From positions 9,744,339 through 9,808,338 of the forward strand of contig CM119265.1 of the NCBI GenBank assembly GCA_051294375.1: a stretch of DNA of 64,000 nt. The letters are read 5' to 3'. The translations under genes were made by a program, and so were the position numbers. The DNA is from Paraspadella gotoi (Eukaryota > Animalia > Chaetognatha). Shown here piece after piece: positions 42,860 through 54,000 of the stretch (position 1 is the stretch's first letter; each line of letters begins with the position of its first letter). A model generated the notes under the pieces. It was not told the origin of the DNA and ran no database searches. It was given only the letters and a program-made list of their open reading frames with translations.

Positions 42860-43868
42860 TAATAGTTATTAAATGTAATCATATTGCATTGGTTTTCAAG
42901 GGATTCACTTCAATCCCTCACTTTAAGTTTTCTTCATCCGTTTCACTCCCAACATCCACTCAATATTATTCCACAGTTCCTCCAGTTCATGCACCTAAAA
43001 TCTCAGCCACTCACTTTATAAACATTATTCCTATTTTTTTTTCTTTTGTGACATTTTTTTTTCATTCGATTATCGAATTTGTTACCACAAAAACGACAAC
43101 AACAACTACAGCGACAACAACAACAACGACAAGAAAGAAAACAAACTCAGGAACATTAAAAAAAAAAAAATAAAAAGAAAACTGGGGTTTTTTTTTCGGT
43201 TGTTGACAAAGATTTTCGTCGGTTTGGTGCAACAGCTGAACCGGCAAGCGAAATCTGAGCCGAGGATTAAGACTTGCGTTTGATGGAGATGCATGTGATG
43301 GAGAAGCATGAGATGGAGAAGATTGAAACAAGATACGAAGAATAGCGAAGAGTAAAATAAGAATATAAAATGGGTACAATCAATATAACTATTATCAATT
43401 TTATTGAAGGCTATCAAGTTTATCTATCTTGCTATCTTGTACAAGTCAATGGCCATGAATAATAAAGATGGAAAACTGGAGCATAAATGTTAAAATACCG
43501 TTTAAATATGATAAGGAAACATGAACGAGTTTGCTCCGGGTCGGGTGAGATATTTTTGCTTGCGTCATGTTGTTGTCGACTGATGTTGCCACTGTAACGT
43601 ACTAAATTTCTCTAACTTTTTTTTCTTGTAAAGTTGATGATTTCCGACGGATCGCTTACTTTGATAACCTTCATTCCCCACCGTCGGAAAAAAATATTAA
43701 CTTATAGGGAAGAGAGTGAAAATAATTGTCCAAAAAATTATACTTTCATCGACCCGCAAAACATCTCCCAAAAATGTGATGAAGACCAAAAAGAGAAACG
43801 TAAACAATCGTAAAAACAATAGAAACTTTTAAAGGAGAATGACATTCCATTTGGGTGCCAATATCTCT

Positions 43869-43913
<45 letters not shown>

Positions 43914-43915
43914 CT

Positions 43916-43992
<77 letters not shown>

Positions 43993-44559
43993 CTCTCTCC
44001 CCTTCTCCCTCATGCTCCCTTGCCTTGCTCCATAATAAATCACATCCAAAAAAACCCCGTTTCAAATCTCTCCTCTCGCTGAAAAGAAGGTAAGAATGTA
44101 GTGAGTTTGATCCGCTTAATGCGAGAGTGGCGTTAGGTATATGAAGACCATTCTTTAACCCTTTTTCCTATTTTATAGATCTTAATTCTCGAAATCCGTT
44201 TATTTTTATTTATTTATTATTATTTCATANNNNNNNNNNNNNNNNNNNNNNNNNAAAAAACAAATCAAGTCAGATTGTCAAAACAGTGAACATCGTGAAG
44301 AGAGAAAATCGCAAGTTAAGGACGGGAATAGAAAAAGACCATGATGATGGTTGAAATCGTTGGAGATTAGAAATGAGATAATATATTACTAATAGCTAAT
44401 ATTATTAGCTACGGTTTGTCAGAACAAATCGTAGGATTGTGCAGTTGACCGCAATTAATTGCAGATTTGGCGACGCAGTTCGACGATCATCGAAAGAAAA
44501 TTTAGTTGACAAGATTTGAAAATCTATTTCGTCGGGATCGTCGTCGTTTTTGTTGATGT

Positions 44560-44594
<35 letters not shown>

Positions 44595-45352
44595 GTGATG
44601 GTGATGCTCTCATCGACGTCGCGTTGGAATAAATATATATATATATATATATTATCTTATGATTAACTTAGTATTATTTTCATCTTTTTGGCCGTCTTAG
44701 GTAGCTTAGTTTTCTCATGTTTATTAGCTAATTTGTCTCGTCTCATATGCAGTTAATTTGATGTTATTATCATTATAATTTTGAATAATCCTCCTCTTCT
44801 TCGTCTTCACATTCGTCGTCGTCGTCATCGTCGTCGTCTTCATTCTCGTTAAAATCCTAACAAACCACCTGCTTGGTTAAAGGAATGACAACAGAGAAAG
44901 GTGGAAAAGAGGATGAATAGTAGGGGACAAGTAGAAGGGATGAAAGAAGGGTAGTAAGAGGGAAAAGAGAAAGATAGAGGCTAGAAAGAAGAGGGGAAAG
45001 TCCGCTCCTACATCGAAGGGTAAATCATCAATAACAACGGCGACAAAAATAAATTAGATCTCCAGGAAAACGTGTTTTTTTTTAAAAACAAGTTAGAACT
45101 TATAAAAAAAAAAACATTTACCGATTACGTGTTTTTATCTCAGGAATTTTTAATTCTGAATTATGTTTATATCGAACTTGTCTTAAACGTCTTCCCCCCT
45201 TCATAGCTTAGCTAAATCGCCGAGTAATTTATTAATCATTAATTTTTTTTAAATATGCAGAGAAAGAGGGACTCTCCCCCCTCCGAACCCGACGCTCTCT
45301 CTCGTCTCAGAAGGAAACTAAAATTGAGAAAAAAAAAGTCTTCGGAGCCACC

Positions 45353-45396
45353 CACACTGGGCCTCACACACTGGGCCTCACACACTGGGCCTCACA
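45353..45396. repeat. 14-bp tandem repeat (CACACTGGGCCTCA) x3
   Basis: Direct reading. Confidence 0.85.
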
Positions 45397-45462
45397 GACT
45401 ATCACACTCACTCAGGGTGATAAATAGAGGCATACACAAAAAGACAGAGAGAGAGAGATTTA

Positions 45463-45558
<96 letters not shown>

Positions 45559-46122
45559 CGGAAAAAATAAGAAAAATAAAGAAAGAAACTAGGATAGAAA
45601 AAACCAAAAAGGGCGAGAGATAGAGAAAGAGAGAAAAATAAATACAGAAAGAGGAAAGAAAGAAACAAAAAAAAATAATATAGAGTGTAAGAGAGAGAGA
45701 GAGAGGAGAGGAAGCGATGAGGAGAGAGATAGAGAGGGAGAGAAACTAAAAGAGCGAGGCGAGAGAACTGTCTATCACACGTGCGCTTCACACGACGATA
45801 ATTTTTTTGCAATGTAACAAAAAAAAAAAAAAAGAAATTTCCCCTTCCCCTCGCGGCCGATTCGGAGTTTCTTCGATTTTAGCGGAGCGTAGTTGTAAAC
45901 AGGGTTTTCTAGGTACTGTACCTCCGGCGGCATGGCGATTAAAAAATCTCGAGTCTCCAGGCTTCGTCCTTTCTCTAAATCTTCCTTTTTTTAAAGGGGG
46001 GCTGGACGGAGGGTGAAATGGTGAGAGAGAAGCTGGTAGGGGAATTTATCGTCATACAACAACGATAAACCTAAACGAGATGACGGCGGGGTAAGTGACG
46101 AGAGAGAGAGAGAGGAGAGAGC

Positions 46123-46156
<34 letters not shown>

Positions 46157-47880
46157 TGAGAGAGAGAGAGACGAGAGAGAGAGATGGTATATGTAGGATG
46201 TATGGATGGAGAGGGAAGAGAGAGAGTGGGAAGGGAGCCTACATAGTACTCATAATGGCAATATGCGCTAATGAAGTAAGATAAGGGAGATTCTCGTAAA
46301 CGTCTGTCCCGTCCAACAGATTCCAACATGCCAGTTTTAGAAAAAAAAAAAAAGAAAATTGTTTCGAAGTTTTTATTATTAGTCACATTATAAAACGGGA
46401 AAATACTATCCAAAATGCTCGTAGGAAATGAGTTTCTTCGGGGCGATCGTTGTTTCTGCTTTGGTCATTGAAACGAAACTCAAAAGTCGCGAGTTTCCGA
46501 GAGAAAATGTTGACCTTAAAATAATTGACCAAAGGCTAGATTTAAGAGAAAGCGAGACATGACCTTTTCAACAATAAGTGAAATAGCTGATAAGCGAAAG
46601 GAAATTTAAAGATAGGTACTATGTATAATATTAGTATATTAATTGTTAAGCGTTGAGAGTTAAGAGCAACAATGAATTAGGAATTACATATATTGAGCCT
46701 TCGGAACTGCGTCGATCGTTGGGTGGAATTTAAATCTTTGAAGATCGAAAGTGAAAAGACGAAGTGAATCTTTCATTTTGATGTGAAACAAAGTCACTCG
46801 AGTCACCGAAGAAAATCTCTCATTGAGCGAATTGTTTTGACGTGGGAAAATTTTGAGAATTTTTATTTTTTTTTTAAACAATGATTAAGTTTGATGGCGG
46901 AAGGACTGTAACCCGAGTCGCCTGTAAATAATCCAGTTGTCTCTTTGGAGAAAATTCTTGGAATTTCACCCCAAAAATTCCACAAATGTGGGTCGTTTTC
47001 AACGTTTGACAAATTTTGTTGAAAACAAAACTTAATTAAAGGAATCAAAACATGATTAGATGAAGTATAAACAAACTTTACGTGGTTCATCCCTTTTCCT
47101 TAAATCAAGTCAAATCCGAATTTATGGAATTCATCATTGAGAACTGAGGTAAAAAAATAATTTTCTTTGTTGCCCTTTTTTCCTTGAAATAAATTGTTTA
47201 CTTTCTTCCTGTTTTCAAGAAACAAACAAACAAATAACTTCTTTTATTTTCCTATCGACCGGTTTCAACGAGAAAAACCGATTAAAAAAGCCTTCCTTTC
47301 GTCCGTTCCTTAATTCCTTTCAAAATTTTCCAACTCTTTTTTTTTTTGGGTGCGCAGCTGGGAGAACTGATGACCTACTTGTGTGTTTTTGTGAGTGTGT
47401 ATGTGTGTGTTACTGAGTGTGGGAAGAAGAAAAAAGAAAGAAAGAAAGAAAGAAAACGAAGTATTTAAAAATGAGAAAGAAACTCGAGAGAATGACTCAT
47501 CATATCTGTCATATTCCTTTCATCGAGTTGGATGGAAAAATCATCAACAGGTGTCGCTAATAACGAGGAGGATTTGTTAACCTTCAGTTTGTTTACTTTT
47601 CTCATTTGTTTTCATTCGTTTTTCTCTGGTGTTTGTTTACTTTTGACCGAAGAAATCTCCGCCGATGACTTTGGCTGCCAGAAATAAAAAAGGTTTTGAA
47701 AAATTGTCTGGAGAAATTAAAAAATATAAAAATATGAAAATGTCAAAAGTTAATGATTAATAAATCTTTTTTATCGATCTGGCTGGAAATATAATATAAT
47801 ATACAGTTTGCGAATAAGAATGGTTTTAGAAATGTTCAGTTTAAAAAAGCGTTTTTCATACATTGTTCCGAATGACAGAG

Positions 47881-47917
47881 TACTCGCGGAGCAACTCTAT
47901 AAGTCAATTTTCGGTCG
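47881..47917 (+). mobile_element. 5' end of a second HINE-like element, interrupted by an N-gap
   Basis: AACTCTATAAGTCAATTTTCGGTCG resembles GACTCTATAATTCACTTTGTCGGTC at 5071-5095. Confidence 0.4.
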
Positions 47918-48682
47918 NNNNNNNNNNNNNNNNNNNNNNNNNNNNNNNNNNNATTTACAATCAGAATTTAAAATTGCGTTTTAGTCGGAGAGTTGGTGAG
48001 TTCGTTCGTTCCGTCGTTTATTTCATTTCGTCAGATTTTAAACATTCGATTTACCTATGGATTTAGTTTCGTTTTTGTTTTGAACAAACGCTGATTACGT
48101 CAGGTTGAATAATATTTTTCTGAATAACTTTCAACATCTTTAACTTTGTTTTGAAAATTGAACATAAGCAAACGATTTTCAGCTTTTGATTTCGTTCGTG
48201 ATATCTCTTTCGTCCCTTTAATTCACGAATTAAAACCTTTACGTTGGAATTATGAACAAAAAATGAAATCTAAATTCAAACACAATTATTTGAAAAAACA
48301 AGAAAGAAAAAGAAGCAAAAAGTTTTTCCCTAAAGTTATGCGAATTCCGTTACGTTGAGGAACCCGCTGCGTAGCTGTCTCCAGGCACGGATGAGATGAG
48401 AGAGAGGAGAGAGAGAGAGGAGAAGAGGGAGAAGAGATAGAGAGAGAGAGAGAGAGAGAGTGAGAGAGAGACGGAAGACGAGAGGAGAGAGAGTAGACGA
48501 TTAGATCCAAAACAGACGCCATGAGTCGGAAGAATCGAAATTCGCCCTAAACGATACCTCGCTCGTCGAGGCGCGGTGGAGCTGAAGAGAGATGGAGAGA
48601 GATGAAAGAGACGAGACGGAGACGAAGAGAGAGGAGAGAGAGAGAGACGAGAGACGACGATGGAGATGAGAGTGACTGGAGA

Positions 48683-48713
<31 letters not shown>

Positions 48714-49982
48714 AGGACCAGAGGAGAAACGAGATGAGCATGACGAGAGAGGAGAGATGACGAGAGAGAGAGAGGATGAGAAAAAGGTAAGGGCGCCGCG
48801 ATCGTGGTATGGAAGAGGAGGAACAAGGAAAAGGAATTAAGGTGAGAAGGAAAAAAGGTTGGGTAAGGGTTAAACAAAAGAACAAAGTAAATTGAAGAAA
48901 GCTAAAAATATTTAAAATTGTAAAAAGAAGAAGAATAAATATTTAGACAAAACCGACAAGCGGTTTTTTTATGCACCAACTAAACGGCGACAAAAATAGA
49001 CAAAATCCACAATAGAAAATTCTTTTAGAAACGTAAACAATGTTAGAATCTATATTCAGATCTTTGCTAATATTCAAATCTATATTCAGAGCTTTGCTAA
49101 TATTTTCTCACCTAAGAAAAAATGGGACAAACCGAATTCGTTCCTACCTAAAAATGACAAGCAAAAGAGAGAGAGAGAGAGAGCAGAGAGAAAGAGGAAA
49201 AACTGAATTTCACGTCTATTTGTCTCGGATGGCTCGAGAGCATCACCACGGTACGCGAGAGCGAGAGTAAAGTAAGAAGAGAGAGAGAGAGAGAAAGAGA
49301 GAGATGAGATGAGAGAAAGGAGAGGAGAGGAGAGGAGAGAGAGAGAGAGTATTACTGAGAGAGAGCAGAGAAACGAGAGAGAGGAGAGACGACGAGAGTA
49401 GACGAGAGAGAGAGAGAGAGAGAGAGGAGAGAAGAGATAGGAAGAGAGAGGGAGACAGAGAGACGTAAGGTTCTCGCAAAGAAGATGGAAGAGGGACGAG
49501 GAAAAGGTGAGGGTATATGAAGAGTCCCGACTTTTTTCCAGAACCTAAAAACGAGAACGGAAAAAAATTCGAGCGAAATTCGAAATCTTTCATCTCCTTT
49601 GGAGAAGAGAGAAGGAGAGAGAGAGAGAGTGAATAAAAAAAAGAACGGTAAAAATAAATATAAAAAAAAGGGAAGACATTTTTTTTCTCTTCACTTGGGT
49701 TCATTACGATGACCCGATATAAAGGTAAGGAATAAAAGGTAAGGGGAACCGGCGTGGGGAGAGAAGAGTGAAGAGAGAGAGAGAAGACGAGAGCAGAGAG
49801 AGAGAGAGGAGAGAGAGAGGAGAGAGGAGAGAGAGAGAGGAGAGAGCCGAGGGATGGATCGTGAGAAAGAGGGAAACGACACATTGGACAAAGATAAGAA
49901 GAAAGAAAAAGGGCTGAAAGAAATCAGTGAGAGGGGGAAAAGGAGAAAGAGAGAAAGAGAGAAAGATGGATAGAAGAGAGAG

Positions 49983-50052
<70 letters not shown>

Positions 50053-50853
50053 AGAGAGAGGAGAGAGAGAAAAAAGGACAAAGAGAGATACGGATTTCTG
50101 AATTCGCTCAAATATTAAATTCTCTGCGATTTCTTCACTTTTTTTTTCTCTCCCAAGCGGAGCATTGCTCTTTTTTTTTCCCGCCTCGATTTCAATCTCG
50201 ACCGCCTTTCGTTTTCGCGCTTTCTTCGGTTTTTTTAGAACTTTGGAACTCAGGATAGGACGAGAGGTTCTTTTCAGAGCGATTCGATTGTTTTTTTATC
50301 GATTGTTTTAATCTGTTTTACTAAACTTCTTAACGTTCATTATTTTTTGTTATTTTTTATTTTTTCTTCCTAAAATTTCCTAAAATTTCCGACAGGTGAA
50401 AAATTCTGCGAATCTTCCGCTAGTTTCGCGTCGATACCTTTTTGAAAAAAAAAAAAACCGTTTATTGTTTTACTTTCGCCTCGTGGCGTCACGCCAACGC
50501 CAATCCTCCGGTGACATCGATTCCGGTTCCATCCCCTTTTTGGCGTGAGAGTCCGTTTTTAGAGACCACTCCGCGATCTTTTTCCGGCGCTCGGTACAAA
50601 ATCCACTTCTGTAGAGAAAAAAAAATTCCGGAAACATTACGTCACCAAATTATACGTCACCCGATTTCTCCATTTATTTGCTTCCTGATTTACTTCCACA
50701 ACACCTAACGATTACTCTCACGCATTACATCGCGAAGACGATTACGTCGTTCACCATTTTTGCGGGCAATCGCAGCTCGGTCTCTCTCTCTCGCTTTCTC
50801 TCGATTTTTCGTTGGCCGACGATCGGAAGAGGGAGAGATAGTTTTCCGTTGCT

Positions 50854-50861
50854 TATAAATA
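50854..50861 (+). promoter_or_regulatory. TATA box of the chitin-binding gene, with upstream CRE/ATF-like sites
   Basis: TATAAATA lies ~240 bp upstream of the ATG at 51095. TTACGTCA, ATACGTCA and GGCGTCA sites occur at ~50485-50660. Confidence 0.4.
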
Positions 50862-51094
50862 AGAAGAAGGGGAAGGGATATCGCCAGAAGCATCGACGGA
50901 GAAAAATCCTAACGCATAAAAAACCAAAAAAAAAACAAAAAACAACTCATTTTTAAATCCGAAGTTTGAAATTAAGAGAGAGAAATAAAAAAAACAACTC
51001 TAAAACAAATAAAATAACTAATAACTGTGGAGGAGACAGACCGTCAATTTTAATCACGTGGTTCACCCTTCTAGCATTTCGACATCCCGAAACT

Positions 51095-54000
51095 ATGAAG
51101 TCCCTTACCCGCCTGCTTCTCCTCGCTCTGCCTTACCTGTGCGGGCGGCCGCAGAGGCGGCAACCGCCTGGCGTGATTGGGCCGCCCGCCGCGCGGATCG
51201 ACGACCGAGGAACAACGATCATTCATCGCCCGATGCCGAACTAGGCACGAAGGAGGCGCGGTCCGAACTGGGAACATATCCCGTGCGGTGAGGTGATGAT
51301 GTGGTTTGGGTTTGGGTAAGGTGAGGGTGAGGCATGAAGTAGAAACCCCCCGTTTAGGAGAGATTAAATATGAGGAAATACTTGGGACAGGCAAGAATTA
51401 TTAATATAAGGTAAGGAAAGATAAAAATAAATGCTAACAGTGGGTAAGGACACTCTACGACTCAATTGTAATAGCTAAAAAAAAACTATTTTACTTCTAG
51501 GGTGAGGTCTTCGACAAAGCTATTGAGATGAAGTTGAGGTAGTACAGGGTAAATGGTCTTAGATGAAAGAAATCTTTGCGCGTTGAGTCAAGTGAGTTTT
51601 ATTTGGGTAAGAATAAAGAAAAAGGAATTCCGGAAAGGTAAGGCTCAGACGAAGACGGCCGCGGAATTTACTCTTTCCATTTCAAGTTGTTTAACTTAAC
51701 TAAAAAAAAATCAGAAAGACTGAAAAAGATGAGGGAAATAAAGAAAAGTAAGGAATTTTGAAAGCAGAAAGTTTTTTTCTTTTAACTTTAAATTCTAATC
51801 TTTCAAATTACAAAGCCGTTGCCTGTGAAAGTTGTGAACGTTGGTGACGTTTGTGGCGTTCGGGGTTGTCAGGAAAACCGTTTAATTACGTACTATTTGA
51901 GTTCAAAGGATAGAGAAAAAAAAGTTTGTACAATGAAAAATAAAAATTCTGTCGGCAGATTAAAAAAAAAAGAAGAAATCTTTCCTATCAGAAGCCGCGG
52001 TAAACGGGAAGTAATTAATTTCATTACGACAAAAAAAGGGATTACACTTCCTCTTCCTTTCTTTTTCCTTTCTTTTCCCTTTTTCTTTTCCGCCTCCCTG
52101 GTCCCGCGCGCCTTCAGTCTCGACTCTTTTATCCATTAATTCCGCTTCTAACTTCATTACGCTTTTGATTCATTCCTTTGTCTTCCCTCCTTTCCTTTTT
52201 TTTTTACTTTTTCCTTTTCTCTTTCTACCTTTCAATCTTTTTCTTTATTTTTTTTGGTTGGTTTCCTTTCTTTTTTCTTTCTCTCTCTTTCTTTCTTTCC
52301 TTCTTTTTATTTCTTCCTTTTTATTTGACTATATAACAATCTACCTTCGTATTAGACCCTCTTTACTAAATCCCAACAAGTTCCCTTTTGCGAAAAACCA
52401 TCACCCGTTTCACTCACCCCACAGTTCCCCACACCGCCCGCCCAAACGCAACGCCCTCAACCCATTTTGTCTTTTTTTTTTTCCGGACTATTCTTCAACT
52501 CGCAACCTTTTACCCGCTCCCTCCCCCCCCGCTTCCGCCTCTTCCAAAGGACCCGAAGGCCGCCAAACGCGAGCGAATCCGCCGAGAACGGGTCCGTCTC
52601 TCACGCGCCCATGGGTCGCGTCCCCAACCGAATAACGTCGACGATGGCGCCGGAAGTCGTCGGCCCCGCCTTCTCCTGTCGAGGGAAGAAGAACGGGTAT
52701 TACTCGGACACGGTCAACTGTGAAAAGTTTCACTACTGCTTCTTCGACAGGTGAGTGGGGAGAGCGGGTGGGGTGGGGGGAGAGAGGGGAAGGGAGGAAG
52801 TTTGGATAGAGGAGGAGGAGAGGGAAGAGGTTAGGGAGGAAGAGAGTAGAAAGAAAAAGGAGTTGAGAGAAAGTTGGAGTAGAGAAAGAGTAGAGAAAAG
52901 AAGGAGATATGAAAAGTTGGTGAAGAGAGGGGGAGAATTAAAAAAAGAGAACTCGTCGGCAGGGAAGGAAAGGAAGGAAATGGAAGAAAGGGAGGAAATG
53001 GAAGAAAGGGAGGAATGGGAGGAAAGGAGAACGAAGGTTTCGCGATAGAAGTTTGGATAGTTTTAAGTATGCTACAAATACACAATATTCAAACTAAAAT
53101 TGGAACAACTTAAGAGACAGTAATTATTGTTATGTGTTAGTGACAGAACCGTTCAATACAAGCAGTCCCTGAGCTTCGGATCAGGCTGTAACACCGAGTT
53201 ACAGGCTGGTTAAGCGCCCCGTCCCTCTTAACTGCTAGGCGGCTAGAACCCCGGACCTTTGGGTTGGGAGGCGAATGACTTGCCTCCGGCACCAATGGCC
53301 GCTGACGAACGGTTGGAGGATTTTAGTCCACCATACAACGATATATTTAAATATATATATTTTTCTCTCCCTTTTCCAACAGGGACTTCGTCAAGAGCTG
53401 CCCGGCCGGCTCCGCTTGGAACGGCGACCGCTGCGATTGGAAACACAAGGTCCGCTGCGGCGTCGCCGCTTCATCCAGCGGCGGCGGCAGCAGCGGTGGC
53501 AGCAACGTCATAACGCGGCGCCCACCTTGGAAACCGACGCCGCGAACGACGAAAGCGACGCCAAACGTCGTTTCGACGGTGAGATACAACGACGGAATGT
53601 GGCACGCCGGGAGATGGAACAGCGGAAGATGGAACGACAATAACAACAACAATAACTGGAACAATAATAACAACTGGAACAACAACAACAACAATTGGAA
53701 CAACAACAACAACAACGCCTGGAACGCCTGGAATAGTCCCAACGTTATCACAACTAAATCTCCTGCATCGGATCGCTTCACCGGCACCTGTCCGGCATCC
53801 GGCACAATCCGATTCGTCGAACCAGCCGGGTGCCACAAATACGTGGAATGCGATGCCGGACGAAAGTACAACCGCATTTGTCGATATCCGGACTACTTCG
53901 ACGCCGTCGCCCGCACCTGTCGTCCGTACAACACGGTCGACTGTCGGGGGAGGTGGGTACTGGGTAGAGGTGGGAAGGGAAGCTATATTAAGAAGGTCAA

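Noticed and set aside
43637-43690. ATGA followed by a 10-bp inverted repeat (TTTCCGACGG/CCGTCGGAAA) as a SECIS or pre-miRNA
   Set aside because: There is no GA on the 3' side for the SECIS quartet and no Sec-type in-frame TGA gene upstream. The stem is too short and the loop too long for a pre-miRNA.
45353-45396. Short repeats here and at 39086-39125 as CRISPR-like arrays
   Set aside because: They are head-to-tail repeats without spacers, in a eukaryotic context.
53239-53302. Functional tRNA-Gly gene
   Set aside because: The T-arm is incomplete and the anticodon stem mispaired, so it is treated as a tRNA-derived head.
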